From Podarcis tiliguerta (Eukaryota): a stretch of DNA of 64,000 nt. Numbering within the stretch: the first letter of the stretch is position 1; each line of letters opens with the position of its first letter. The stretch is from NCBI GenBank assembly GCA_965153285.1, contig OZ229126.1. One strand, given 5' to 3'. Below, piece by piece: positions 49,835 through 57,938 of the stretch. The notes under the pieces are model-generated. The model had not been told where the DNA came from, made no database searches, and saw nothing but the letters and a program-made list of their open reading frames with translations. Made by a program: the position numbers and the translations under genes.

Positions 49835-50329
49835 GTGGTTTCCCCAGCCACTTTTCGGAGGTCTAGCAGGTTTCATGGGCATTCCCAATGGGCTTTCGTT
49901 TGTTTCCGGGAGTGTGGAAGGAATAAAAGAAATGCAAAGGCAAGGGAACCTTTGGAATCATAGGCACTATATGGAAGGGTCGAGCTGGACGGGACCCAGA
50001 GGATCACTTGGTCCAGGCCCCCTGCAATGCAGGAATCTCAACCAGATCATCCCTGGAAACCTCCAAGGGAGGCGAGTCCGCCACTTCTCGTGGGAGCCTG
50101 TTCCGCTGTCAAACAGCTGAGCGACTGAGGGAGGGGTCGGGTTGGCCACTCTCACACCCCCCGCTCGCCAGCCGCTGAGCCCCGGGGTAGGAAGCCCCGC
50201 CATTCCCTCGACCCCGGTCGCTGCTGGTGCCCGAACCCGCCCGCCTTCCCCCTCGCTTGCCCTCCTCTCTCCCGTCGCCCCTCACCGGTTAATGCGGTGC
50301 GCGAAGGCCCTCCGCTCCGCAGCCGCCAT
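293..50329 (-). CDS. DOCK6: Dedicator of cytokinesis 6 (DOCK-C family Rac/Cdc42 GEF), 5' part: coding exons 1-23, 2835 nt / 945 codons; the gene continues past the left edge of the window
   Basis: 23 GT-AG exons splice into one open frame. The N-terminus [29 protein letters not shown] matches DOCK6 better than DOCK7 or DOCK8. The DHR-1 (C2) domain starts at YRNLLYVYP (exons 14/15). A nested ANGPTL8 and a neighbouring tetraspanin match mammalian DOCK6 synteny. Confidence 0.97.
906..1104. mobile_element. Truncated MITE, CGCAAGACGAA family
   Basis: Single TIR after TA. Confidence 0.75.
1347..1721 (+). mobile_element. Probable solo LTR
   Basis: Termini TGTTAGGATAT...GTATCCCAAC(C); flanks GGCCC/GGGCC; TATATA near 1449; AATAAA at 1529. 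Confidence 0.6.
2095..2648 (+). mobile_element. L2-clade LINE 3' end with (TTA)n tail
   Basis: [23 protein letters not shown]...RAFS..AP..WN.LP, typical L2 ORF2 C-terminus. Confidence 0.85.
2990..3165 (-). CDS. DOCK6: DOCK6 exon 22 (176 nt) ...[30 protein letters not shown]...[11 protein letters not shown]
   Basis: TTACAG| acceptor, |GTAAGC donor. Confidence 0.94.
3671..3808. mobile_element. Palindromic hAT MITE
   Basis: 8-bp TSD CCATAAAT; internal inverted repeat. Confidence 0.85.
5923..6450. mobile_element. hAT (Charlie-like) non-autonomous element
   Basis: CAGGGGT...ACCCCTG termini; subterminal sequence shared with 63133-63392. Confidence 0.7.
7011..7169 (-). CDS. DOCK6: DOCK6 exon 21 (159 nt) [45 protein letters not shown]...
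   Basis: TCTCAG| acceptor, CAG|GTATAG donor. Confidence 0.93.
7959..8208. mobile_element. Tigger/pogo-like MITE (related copy at 50907-51140)
   Basis: CAGTCATACCTCG...CGAGGTACCACTG, TA TSD. Confidence 0.82.
8698..8929 (-). CDS. DOCK6: DOCK6 exon 20 (232 nt) [25 protein letters not shown]...PPVIAGQI
   Basis: GGCAG| acceptor, |GTGAGT donor. Confidence 0.95.
9498..9584 (-). CDS. DOCK6: DOCK6 exon 19 (87 nt) [29 protein letters not shown]
   Basis: TTGTAG| acceptor, |GTGAG donor. Confidence 0.95.
9778..9879 (-). CDS. DOCK6: DOCK6 exon 18 (102 nt) [34 protein letters not shown]
   Basis: CTCCAG| acceptor, |GTAAGT donor. Confidence 0.95.
10115..10780 (+). mobile_element. L2 LINE 3' fragment
   Basis: LDYCNAL / [11 protein letters not shown]-like motifs, (TTA)n tail. 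Confidence 0.85.
10934..11072 (-). CDS. DOCK6: DOCK6 exon 17 (139 nt) [32 protein letters not shown]...VGYT
   Basis: CTGCAG| acceptor, |GTGAGT donor. Confidence 0.95.
11379..11449 (-). CDS. DOCK6: DOCK6 exon 16 (71 nt) [24 protein letters not shown]
   Basis: CCCCAG| acceptor, |GTGAGT donor. Confidence 0.95.
11944..12612. mobile_element. Tc2/pogo-like MITE with an internal GC-rich minisatellite
   Basis: TIR CCGTATTTTTCGC / GCGAAAAATACGG, TA TSD. Confidence 0.85.
12830..12947 (-). CDS. DOCK6: DOCK6 exon 15 (118 nt) [39 protein letters not shown] (DHR-1)
   Basis: TTGCAG| acceptor, |GTGAGT donor. Confidence 0.95.
13951..13956 (+). promoter_or_regulatory. TATA box of ANGPTL8
   Basis: TATAAA 56 nt upstream of the ATG; CAAT-like sequence near 13908. 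Confidence 0.7.
14007..14297 (+). CDS. ANGPTL8: ANGPTL8 coding exon 1 (97 codons)
   Basis: [19 protein letters not shown]...REIVEGLE; GAG|GTAACT donor, phase 0. Confidence 0.92.
14007..18207 (+). CDS. ANGPTL8: Angiopoietin-like protein 8 (betatrophin/lipasin), nested antisense in DOCK6 intron 14; join(14007..14297,15231..15401,18061..18207), 202 aa
   Basis: Kozak acagccATG, hydrophobic signal peptide, SE1-like [18 protein letters not shown], coiled coil, exon 2 ending REFSALK, exon 3 starting [13 protein letters not shown]. Exon structure and host intron match mammalian ANGPTL8; no fibrinogen domain. The 3' end is ambiguous. Confidence 0.9.
14621..14987. mobile_element. Tc2/pogo-like MITE in ANGPTL8 intron 1 (smaller relatives at 5045-5149 and 29552-29790)
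   Basis: 23-bp TIR CCGTATTGGCCTGAATATAAGCC, TA TSD. Confidence 0.85.
15231..15401 (+). CDS. ANGPTL8: ANGPTL8 exon 2 (57 codons) [11 protein letters not shown]...GREFSALK
   Basis: TCTTTCTTTGATAG| acceptor, AAG|GTAATC donor; heptad pattern; C-terminus resembles human REFEVLK. Confidence 0.88.
16183..16238 (+). mobile_element. CR1 LINE 3' tip (similar tips at 47095-47170 -, 49446-49513 +, 49957-50120 -)
   Basis: GGTCCCTTCCAACTCT...TATGATTCT terminal motif. Confidence 0.7.
16730..17540 (+). mobile_element. L2 LINE 3' fragment in ANGPTL8 intron 2
   Basis: [14 protein letters not shown]...[11 protein letters not shown]; same family as 10115-10780. Confidence 0.87.
18061..18207 (+). CDS. ANGPTL8: ANGPTL8 exon 3 [48 protein letters not shown] (could instead splice at 18176 or 18183)
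   Basis: CTCCCCTCAG| acceptor; resembles human AHADKQSHILWAL... Confidence 0.82.
   Translation, partial: AHMQQQNLTIWSLLRATQQQQQQMARQTEQLLWIQRLARQEVLLGDIS
18353..18664 (+). mobile_element. Sauria (Squam1-type) SINE downstream of ANGPTL8 exon 3
   Basis: tRNA-like head GGCGCTGTGG...GGTTCAAATCCC; TSD CTATAGTAAT. Confidence 0.85.
18894..18980 (+). CDS. ANGPTL8: Candidate ANGPTL8 exon 4 ([28 protein letters not shown] if phase 0)
   Basis: Strong acceptor CTTACTTGTCCTTGTTTCCAG| at 18893; no recognisable homology; mammalian ANGPTL8 has a short 4th exon. Confidence 0.35.
   Translation: MKNHKVVKLNVGDLDRDTTATFMPKRGS
20088..20250 (-). CDS. DOCK6: DOCK6 exon 14 (163 nt) [22 protein letters not shown]...YTPHTIYR
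   Basis: CACAG| acceptor, |GTAGG donor. Confidence 0.95.
20885..20978 (-). CDS. DOCK6: DOCK6 exon 13 (94 nt) [31 protein letters not shown]
   Basis: CTCTAG| acceptor, |GTAAG donor. Confidence 0.95.
21639..21979. mobile_element. hAT-like MITE (second copy 63845-64000, cut by the window edge)
   Basis: TIR CAGTGGCGTAGCGTGGG; TSD CTGGAAAG/GTGGAAAG. Confidence 0.85.
22291..22415 (-). CDS. DOCK6: DOCK6 exon 12 (125 nt) [11 protein letters not shown]...[14 protein letters not shown]
   Basis: TTCTAG| acceptor, CAG|GTGGGA donor. Confidence 0.94.
22813..23276. mobile_element. Tc1/mariner-pogo MITE (CGCAAGACGAA family) with internal TTAGCGG-type repeats
   Basis: TIR CAGTGGTGCC.CGCAAGACGAA, TA TSD. 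Confidence 0.88.
24210..24345. mobile_element. Palindromic hAT MITE
   Basis: TSD GTCTAACC/CTCTAACC. Confidence 0.83.
24495..24651 (-). CDS. DOCK6: DOCK6 exon 11 (157 nt) [33 protein letters not shown]...
   Basis: TTCCAG| acceptor, |GTGAGT donor. Confidence 0.95.
24674..24972 (+). mobile_element. L1/Tx1-like LINE 3' fragment at the DOCK6 exon 11 acceptor
   Basis: ORF-end-like [21 protein letters not shown]-rich tail, about 20-bp TSD (18/20 match). Confidence 0.65.
25187..25325. repeat. Compound (CA)n/(GA)n microsatellites separated by a duplicated ~27-bp unit
   Basis: GGCCA(A/G)GAACCCAACTGCTTCCT occurs twice. Confidence 0.85.
25344..25424 (-). CDS. DOCK6: DOCK6 exon 10 (81 nt) [27 protein letters not shown]
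   Basis: CCCAG| acceptor, |GTAGG donor. Confidence 0.95.
26066..26215 (-). CDS. DOCK6: DOCK6 exon 9 (150 nt) [19 protein letters not shown]...[10 protein letters not shown]
   Basis: TTCTAG| acceptor, |GTGAG donor. Confidence 0.95.
26557..26796. mobile_element. Tigger/pogo-like MITE
   Basis: CAGTGGTACCTTGGTTTA...TAAACCAAGGTACTACTG, TA TSD. Confidence 0.82.
27551..27617 (-). CDS. DOCK6: DOCK6 exon 8 (67 nt) [22 protein letters not shown]
   Basis: GCAG| acceptor, AAG|GTACTA donor. Confidence 0.94.
27968..28523 (-). mobile_element. Solo LTR
   Basis: TGTCA...TGACA termini with a perfect 5-bp TSD CAAAG; second copy at 29805-30691; strand inferred from TATA-like and poly(A)-like motifs. Confidence 0.8.
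28658..28743 (-). CDS. DOCK6: DOCK6 exon 7 (86 nt) [29 protein letters not shown]
   Basis: TTTCAG| acceptor, |GTAAGT donor. Confidence 0.95.
29177..29389 (-). CDS. DOCK6: DOCK6 exon 6 (213 nt) [28 protein letters not shown]...LYPAPDE
   Basis: TTCCAG| acceptor, |GTGAGT donor. Confidence 0.95.
29805..30691 (-). mobile_element. Second copy of the same LTR family, left-truncated, carrying an L1-like insertion
   Basis: Colinear similarity to 28022-28523 over about 500 bp. Confidence 0.75.
30312..30673 (+). mobile_element. L1/Tx1-like LINE 3' fragment inserted in the LTR
   Basis: A-rich tail; TSD AAGAAATGCAAA(G/C)TGAC; similar to 24674-24972. Confidence 0.65.
30764..30899. mobile_element. Palindromic hAT MITE
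   Basis: 8-bp TSD CCATAGAG. Confidence 0.85.
30962..31091 (-). CDS. DOCK6: DOCK6 exon 5 (130 nt) [32 protein letters not shown]...
   Basis: TTCAG| acceptor, |GTAAGT donor; [13 protein letters not shown] motif. Confidence 0.94.
32020..32830 (+). mobile_element. Old L2-like fragment interrupted by a Sauria SINE
   Basis: QNAAA.LL motif; similar to 52060-52820. Confidence 0.6.
32162..32493 (-). mobile_element. Sauria SINE
   Basis: 14-bp TSD TTGCTCTTAGGCTA; (ACCTTT)n tail. Confidence 0.9.
33509..33577 (-). CDS. DOCK6: DOCK6 exon 4 (69 nt) [23 protein letters not shown]
   Basis: CTCCAG| acceptor, |GTAGG donor. Confidence 0.93.
34543..34718 (-). CDS. DOCK6: DOCK6 exon 3 (176 nt) [16 protein letters not shown]...TLEPGIPED
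   Basis: TAAG| acceptor, |GTAAGT donor; conserved DOCK-C sequence. Confidence 0.95.
37070..37160 (-). CDS. DOCK6: DOCK6 exon 2 (91 nt) [30 protein letters not shown]
   Basis: CTACAG| acceptor, |GTGAGT donor, phase consistent. Confidence 0.95.
39382..39589. mobile_element. Tigger/pogo-like MITE (related copy at 44751-44991)
   Basis: CAGTCGTACC...GGTACAACTG, TA TSD. Confidence 0.75.
48511..48733. mobile_element. Tigger/pogo-like MITE
   Basis: CAGTGGTACCTC.GGTTA...TAACCCGAGGTACCACTG, TA TSD. Confidence 0.85.
48838..49222 (-). mobile_element. RTE-BovB LINE 3' fragment
   Basis: [20 protein letters not shown]; typical BovB 3' end with (CAA)-like tail. Confidence 0.88.
49799..49833. repeat. (AAT)n microsatellite; others are (CA)n 20652-20682, (GA)n 59095-59126 and (AAT)/(AAG) 59268-59313
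   Basis: Direct reading. Confidence 0.9.
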
Positions 50330-50800
50330 TCCGCCTTGGCGTCGCCCGCGCCCGGCGCGCCTTCGGCTCTGGGGTGGCTTCCCTCAGAAAAGGTGCCTGG
50401 GCGCCCCTCCGCTTCTCCGGCGCAGCCTCGCGCCAGGGAAGGAGCGGCCGGCCGAGGAGGAGGAGGAGGCGGGACCCCGGCCCCGAAGCCCCGCCTCGGA
50501 GGCCAGGGCCGCCCCTGGCGGCTGAGGAGGCCGAGGCAACCCCAGCCTCTCTCTTTCCCTCGCTCGCTTTCTCCCGTCGGCCTCGGGATCGTTGCCTGAG
50601 GGAGGGCGGGAACGGCGCGAGGCAGGATGGGGCGGCCTTCTTTCCTTCCCTCAGTCGGGATCCTGCCCGGCGGCAGGTGCCTCAGGTTGTCTCGGTGGCA
50701 GGGCCGGCCCGCCCTCGAGGCGAGCTGAGGTGGCTGCCTCAGGCGGCAGGGTTCGCAGGAGCAGGTGCGGACTCTGGTCATAGGGCACCATTCGCGAGGA
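50070..50800. promoter_or_regulatory. CpG island / DOCK6 promoter
   Basis: Very GC- and CpG-rich stretch spanning DOCK6 exon 1, with GC-box-like GGCGGG motifs. Confidence 0.88.
50286..50329 (-). CDS. DOCK6: DOCK6 coding exon 1 (44 nt) [15 protein letters not shown]
   Basis: ATG at 50329 in a CpG island; donor CG|GTGAG. Confidence 0.95.
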
Positions 50801-50906
50801 CAAGTTTCATATTCAAAATATTTTATATTTTGATTTTGTTCTGTGAACCATCCTGAGACTTCCAGGTATAGGGCGGGATATAAATGCTCTATATATTGAA
50901 TTTATA

Positions 50907-51140
50907 TAGTCATACCTCGAGTTGAAGTAGCTTCAGGTTAAGTATTTTTGAGTTGCGCTTTGCGGCGACCCGGAAGTAACGGAGCGCGTGCATTCCGCTC
51001 GTGCATGCGCAGGCGCTCAAAATGATGTCATGCGCATGCGCAGAAGCAGTGAATTGTGACACACAGTCGCAGGTTATGCTCTGCTCAGGATGCGAATGCG
51101 GCTCCGGAACGGATCCTGTTCACATCCAGAGGTACCACTG
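50907..51140. mobile_element. Tigger/pogo-like MITE adjacent to the DOCK6 promoter
   Basis: TIRs, TA TSD; same family as 7959-8208. Confidence 0.8.
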
Positions 51141-51178
51141 TATTGCCTTATACCCTATTACATACATACATGTATATA

Positions 51179-51423
51179 CAGTGGTGCCTCGCAAGACAAA
51201 ATTAATTCATTCTGCGAGTTTTTTCGTCTTGCGAAGCACCACTGCGTATTGATGGTTTCCCATAGGAATGCATTGGCGGTTTTAAAAAAAAGGCGCAAGA
51301 CGTTTCGTCTTGCGAAGCAAGCCCAAGGGAAATCCGTCTTGCGAAGCAACTCAGAAAACGAAAAACTCTTTCGTCTTGCGAGTTTTTCGTCTTCCGAGGC
51401 ATTCGTCTTGCGAGGTACCACTG
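51179..51423. mobile_element. MITE, CGCAAGACGAA family
   Basis: TIRs plus TA TSD. Confidence 0.88.
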
Positions 51424-51587
51424 TATAGATATATATACACACACATACACAGTGCTTTTTTTCTTTAAAAATGTTTAGGGGCACTCTCATTTTCCTACTC
51501 GTATTGAAATACTGCCCCTCAATGAGGCCAAACTTAGATTTTCAAAATGTTTAGGGGTATGTGTACCCTTTCGTCCCACCAGGAAAA

Positions 51588-51774
51588 NNNNNNNNNNNNN
51601 NNNNNNNNNNNNNNNNNNNNNNNNNNNNNNNNNNNNNNNNNNNNNNNNNNNNNNNNNNNNNNNNNNNNNNNNNNNNNNNNNNNNNNNNNNNNNNNNNNNN
51701 NNNNNNNNNNNNNNNNNNNNNNNNNNNNNNNNNNNNNNNNNNNNNNNNNNNNNNNNNNNNNNNNNNNNNNNNNN
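51588..51774. other. Assembly gap (187 N)
   Basis: Run of N. Confidence 1.
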
Positions 51775-54239
51775 GGTGTGCACATGGTTCTCATTTCATC
51801 CTCACAACAACCCTGTGAGGTAGGTTGGGCTGAAAAGATGGCTGGCCTAAGGTCCCCAAGGGAGCTTCATGGCTGAGTGGAGATTCGAACCCCGCTCTCC
51901 CAGGTCATATGTTCCAACACATTGTGCCACACTGGCTCTTATTCCCCCCCCCCCCATATTTCTTATTTGCACACAAAAAAACCCTTTTAAAATTTATTAT
52001 TCCTTTGCGCCCGCTCGGCTCAGCATCCTGGGATCACTCTTGACCCCAGAAGCTGTAGTTTGGCACAGAATGCTGCAGCGCGACTGTGGATAGGCTTTGT
52101 CAGCATGTAACAGCCTGGTTGCTGATTTGCTACCGTGCCAAGTTACTGTTAGCATGTAAACCACATAAGAACCTGGAGCCGGTTTACCTACAAGATCGCC
52201 TTACCCCACATAACATCCATTCGACTGCTTTGATTGGTGGAATTGGCGCTACTACAGGTGCCACGTAATAACCGTTCTGCATTTGTAAGAACAAGATGAT
52301 TTAGTGTGGCAGCACTTGGGAACTCCCTGTCTATTAGAGCTCAAGCAGGTCTCTAACATCAGGACACAATGAAAGTATCACATTCTATCTGTCTGACTTT
52401 AACCTGGAAGTAACTGCAAGGGTGGCTGAGTTTTTGTCAATAGTATCTCTTACAGTGGTATCTCTGAGTATCTCTTAGAGAAACACCAATGAAAATCCTC
52501 GTTATTACATATTTTACAGGGCTGTTTATTTGTATATACTCTTTAAAATTGTATATATGGATGTTTTATGATGCCCTATATTTGTAATGCCTAATAAAGG
52601 TTTGGCAAAGTAAATGATCAAGGAGGCACCTTCATTGTACGTTTTTCGGCACCTGCTAAAAAACGCACTTGTTTAGAGAAAAATACCCAGATGCTTAGAA
52701 AGCCAGGATAATTTTAATCTGCTTTAGTATTTTAACTTTTGTGAGTTCTAAAAGTATGGTTGTGATGTTTTCTTGATTTTGTTGTTTTATCTTTGTGTAA
52801 ACCGCTTTGAGGTATCTTTTTACAATCATGTCTCCTAGTGGAGACTTATCAAGCAGACCCTGCCTTTGAGCACTCTTTCTCACTTTTATCTAATTATCCA
52901 AATTAAAGCTTCAGTTCTTGGCTTCAGAGCTGGGCCTAAGTTTTGATCGCTGGCATCTTTTAAACTTATTTTTCAAAAAATACCACAATTCTGTTTCTAT
53001 TTTCTTCTTAGGATTTGCCTCAAGTCAAATGTCTCCACTAGATGGAGACTTAACCATTAAAATGCTTTAAATTGTTCACATAGCAACAGTCAGTCAAATG
53101 TAAAACTTGTAGACTAGTCACAGAGGTAGATAAATAATTACATGGGATCCGAATCAAAGTTTGTTAATATGTTCAAGTTTAAATGCAAGTTGTTAAACTA
53201 AAAACATTTGAATTGTGAAAACTAAATTTCACACGTATGCAAGCTTCATGACAGCTCTTTTAAGCTTGTATCTAAAGTAAAATTGCATGTACTATTTTAC
53301 TAATAGTCTTAAATATGAGTTATAAAAATAATAATATATGTTAAACAACTTCCTAGACTAGAAGATATTTTGAGTTCAGTTGTCATATTTATTTTCATTT
53401 TTAAAAAATGGTTGAAAGGGTGGAGAAATCCCCAGCAGCAGTCATTCAGGTGTGTACTGAAACACCTGTGCATTTCTGATTCCCTTTCTAAATCCAGGTT
53501 GTCAGGTGTTTTACTTTTTATACCAGAAGCCTGTGTGTAAATCATTTTCCATCTCTATTCATAACAAAGCTTGGTTCTCATGCTCTCCTCCTCCTTACCT
53601 GGGATATTAGTTTGGTTATAGGGGATTCCATATGTATAAATGCCCAATTAGCATTTAGGATTCAAATTATGAGTTTCCTACACAACATCCTTTTTAAAAA
53701 TGGAGTGTTGGAAGTTTCTGCTGTTATAGGAATTCTAAGGTCTCATTCATATATATATATATAATGTTCATAAATTTACAAGGCAAACACATACATAAGT
53801 ATATAAACCATGTGTCTGAAATAGTACAGGAGAGCAGTCCTGAAACCATTTTGACTCTCCCAAACTGACCACAAATATTTCTCTGCAAGGAGGAAGGAAA
53901 TGGGAACGCCTCTCCATTGCCTTTTGCTTAGCTGTCTTAAGGGTGTATGTGTGTATGAATAGGGTGAGCCTGTGAGCTGGATTCAGGAATTAAAGCATTT
54001 AAAGCATTTACCATCACAATACCCATAAGGGAAAGGGAGCCGTTTTTTCTTATAACACTACCCTAAAAGGAACACCCTGTGTCATCATTACATTCGTGGT
54101 GATGCAGAGCACACGCCACAATGGCATCTACCACAGAGGCATGCAACAACAAACTGAAATGCATCAACCACATTCATTAACCACAACTTGTGTGTCACCT
54201 TTTTACTGTAACATTATATGGGTGTCAAGGTGCCTCTTG

Positions 54240-54481
54240 TATAGGGACTGACTCTATAGGGCCCTGGGCCCTTCACCCAAATAAAATGTTTAGAGGGGGC
54301 ATACACCACAATCTTTTCTGCAAGTTGGCAACTTCCTCCCTCACAACCGCGGGCAGCCACCTCCCCACTAGCCGGAAGCTGCCCTCTTTTCCTGGCTTGG
54401 CTCCCCACAGCGGAAGGTGGTGTGGGGAGAGAAGAACAGCAGGGGGAGAGGCCCCATATTTTGTTCAAGTTGGTGCCTATG
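54240..54481. mobile_element. 8-bp-TSD DNA transposon remnant (relatives near 42970-43152, 56837-56925, 60080-60232, 60966-61155)
   Basis: TSD GCCTCTTG; (C/T)ATAGG...CCTATG termini. Confidence 0.65.
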
Positions 54482-54622
54482 GCCTCTTGTGCTCAATATT
54501 TACAAAGCACCTTTCACATTGCCTATAGCTGTAATGTGAGCAATAACAGTCAGAATTTCCAAAGTCTGATAAGATATTTGGGTGCAGCTCTTCTGGGGAT
54601 AGCCAAGCCACTTGGGTGCAAA

Positions 54623-54918
54623 TATAAACCAGCAGTCACTTTGGTTCTTTGGGTTTTGGAAATAAAGGGTTAAGGAACTGTCTCATCTCCCGGGACTGCT
54701 ATGCAATCGCCTCCCTCTTTCCAGCCTGGGAGTTAAGGAGCAAAGAGGAGAAGAGACAAAACTGTCGCAGAGCCAGGTGCAGGGCAGGGAGAGAAAGTAC
54801 AGCTCTAGGCAGCAGGAATATGGGTGCCTGTTAAGTAGCTGGCCACACCCTGGAAACCAGAAGCACAGGTGGTGCTGGGGGCACGGCAGCACATTTCATA
54901 GCTGAAAACCATCTAAAG
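54623..54918 (+). promoter_or_regulatory. Candidate tetraspanin TATA box and non-coding first exon
   Basis: TATAAA at 54623; perfect donor AAG|GTAAGT at 54918/54919; the ATG exon has its own acceptor, so an upstream exon is required. Confidence 0.4.
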
Positions 54919-55281
54919 GTAAGTTGAGTAGAACAGCTGCTTCACCTGGATACGTTGAAATGAGTGCAAAGTGTTGAATTTCTACCGAAAGACGTGTTAG
55001 GCCAGATCTAGAGTGCCCGGACGCAAAGAAGGGCAGCGAAGCACCTCCATGTTTAAGAGCTGTATGATAAGACAAAAATCAGCAGGAGCTGCCGATGAAT
55101 TTTAGTGAAATAGCTTCATGGACACTGTGATTCAAGGCACAGTACCCAGTCTGCCCAATCCTACATCTAATCTGATCTCTGGTTGACATGGATTGTTATC
55201 ACATGGATAACTGCTTTCCTTTACCTAAGGATGGGGGTCCCATCAGAAGCTGGTTAATAAAGGCAAGGCTATCCCCCATCC

Positions 55282-55641
55282 GGACGCGGGTGGCGCTGTG
55301 GGTTAAAGCCTCAGTGCCTAGGGCTTGCCGATCGAAAGGTCGGCAGTTCGAATCCCCGCGGCGGGGTGCGCTCCCGTTGTTCGGTCCCAGCATCTGCCAA
55401 CCTAGCAGTTCGAAAGCATTCCCGGGTGCAAGTAGATAAATAGGGACCACTTACTAGCGGGAAGGTAAACGGCGTTTCCGTGTGCGGCTCTGGCTCGCCA
55501 GAGCAGCGTTGTCACGCTGGCCACGTGACCCAGAAGTGTCTTCGGACGGCGCTGGCCCCCGGCCTCTTGAGTGAGATGGGCGCACAACCCTAGAGTCTGT
55601 CAAGACTGGCCCGTACGGGCAGGGGTACCTTTACCTATACT
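55282..55641 (+). mobile_element. Sauria SINE (CpG-rich, young)
   Basis: 12-bp TSD TATCCCCCATCC; A/B boxes. Confidence 0.9.
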
Positions 55642-57938
55642 TATCCCCCATCCAGGTGGCAGCAAGGGAGAACTGTAAAACTGAACTGATATGTGGTATG
55701 TCAGTGTTTCTTGACACCAGTATCTGGCCTCCGGAGCAGTTTAAGGTGCTTGTGAGATTGCCAACTCTCAAGTAGAGTTACCAGCTTCCTTCCCAGCCCC
55801 TGTAGATGTGCCTTTAATAGTAGCTTTATCTGCAGATATTAACAGGTGATAATGTTCATCACATTGCTTTGTTAAGTTTGACCTGCTGGTTTCTGCAGCT
55901 CAAACAAGTAGAAGTGAGGGGTGCAAATCAAGCAGCCCTACTTTGAGGTTCTCAGGGTCCTTTCCTTTCTCAGAGTCCTGGTCTAACTTGGGGAATCAAT
56001 GCAGTAGTTGGGGTGCTTTAGGTTAAGCCTGGCTGGCTCAGGGGAGAGATTGAACTAGCAGTTTCACAGAGACGCACCCTCTCTTTCTTCAAATAGATGG
56101 GATCAGGCTTGAGGACTTACTATCCAGAATTATTCTTCAGTCAGAGTTTGGTTAATGTTTGCTTGCAGCATACTAAGACTTCAGTCAATGATTGTGTAGC
56201 CCAGTCAACCGTTGCAGCTTTAGACTTCTAGCTACAAAGCTAAAGTTGCTGATTAATCAGCATAAAAGTTCTAAACAGAACTCAGCAGGGACACTTCGTG
56301 AGGAACTGAGGTTTATATGCACCTGCACCCCAAAACGAGCTTTGTCCCCCTCATATCATATATCTTCATAACTGGCAGACTTTCCCCTTTGAGATCCACA
56401 ACCATTCTCAGCAATGAAAATAATTGGTTTTGCACACCTGGATGCACATGACATTTTACAAATAAGTAACTGGGAGTGTGCAAGCCAAACTAAGGTTTGG
56501 GCTGCTCCATATCGTACCCCTCCTACAGGAGAGAGTCCTCTACATGTGACAAAGAATTGTGCTTGGCCCAGTGCTTTGTTTAGTTACAACATACCATCAA
56601 GCACAGCATCTCATGTCTACTATAGCCTGACTGTGTATACATGGATAAGCAACTGGATTGTGCACCCCACAATAAGCTTTGGGCCAGAATTCTCTGGCTA
56701 TGGCAATATGCAATGGGCCAAAGCTTTAGTAGGGGTACAGTTCCTTTTTAAGTTTTCCAATGGAGCTGTACTCCAATCTCTTATACAGATAACAAACTAG
56801 GAACTGTAATCTTGTCCCATAGATTCTATTAGGTTCATAGGAGCCAACTTCTAGGGGCTAAGGGGGAGCCCCCCCCCCAAATATTTGAGGGTGCTGCTCC
56901 CCCAAAGTTGATGGGCATTGCTATTCACCAGCCACCACTGAAAAGCACCCAGTGGTCTAGCAGGGAAAGCTATGAATGATGGCATGGCTGCGATGGGCCA
57001 GTGAAGGACTCTTCTAAGCCACTGGGCCCTCAACTAGTGCCCAGTCTGGTCCTAACCGGTTTGCCTGCCTCATCACTGAGTCATCCCATATAGCCCCAAT
57101 ATTGCAAGGAGCAGATATGTAATTCTCTCAGTAGCAGTTTTAAGGGTTGACATTTGTGTGAGTTTAGTGAGGTGTTTTAGGAGTCCGTCAAGGGAATGCA
57201 AGTTAGGGGAATGTAAAGTCAGGGGAAGGGAAGGGAATATTTTTAGATGTTTATGGTGCCTCTAAATGCTCTTAAAACCTTTTAAAATATGTTTGAATTT
57301 TGTCTTTCGTTGCATTGCTTTTACCACTTCGCTGTTTGCTGCCCTGGGCTCCTTTGGCAGCGTGGGCGGATTAGAAATGTAATTAATAAAATGCTATAAA
57401 ATAATGCATAGTTCCACTCCAAGAGACCCTGCGAAAGGACGCTTCCTTTCTCAGGCCTCCAAGCCAGGCACCCGGTTGAGGCTTCTGCTTCCTGGTCTGC
57501 AGGATGCACCAAGTGTGCTCAGCAGCGAAGGCTCCTGGTGGAGATTCCTCTGAGAAACCAAAGCCAGGCACTTCCGAGAAAAGATCAGTTGCTGCTGTGC
57601 TGCTAAGCAACAGCTTCGGCTTGTCTTCAGCAACAAGGAAAACAAGGGCCCAAGCTGAACAACAAAAGGACGCTGGCAAAATGGCCCAGCAAAGCAGCAA
57701 ATGCTGTTGTTGCCAGCAGTCTGGTGGCAAGCTGTCCACACCCTCTTGGAGACCTCAATCCAGAACCAACACATTCCATGTCTGGATTTAGGTACAGCCA
57801 CTGCAGCCTTGACTGAGGGGGTCGTACAACCATTGAGAAATCTTCCGAGGAAGATATGAGGAGCTTGACACATGTGAGGGCTAGAACTTAGCTGTTTGCC
57901 TTGCTTTCAGAGTTGCTGTGCAATAAGCATGTAGGAGG

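Noticed and set aside
293-50329. DOCK7 or DOCK8 identity
   Set aside because: The N-terminus, exon 23 sequence and neighbouring genes fit DOCK6.
50142-50856. Several long overlapping ORFs (127-209 aa)
   Set aside because: Low-complexity Arg/Pro/Ala/Gly frames expected in a CpG island; only the 44-nt exon is supported.
55282-55360. tRNA genes (also near 57940, 61456 and 62731)
   Set aside because: These A/B-box heads continue into SINE bodies with tails or TSDs.
57440-57870. Overlapping ORFs on both strands
   Set aside because: No homology or coherent exon structure recognisable.
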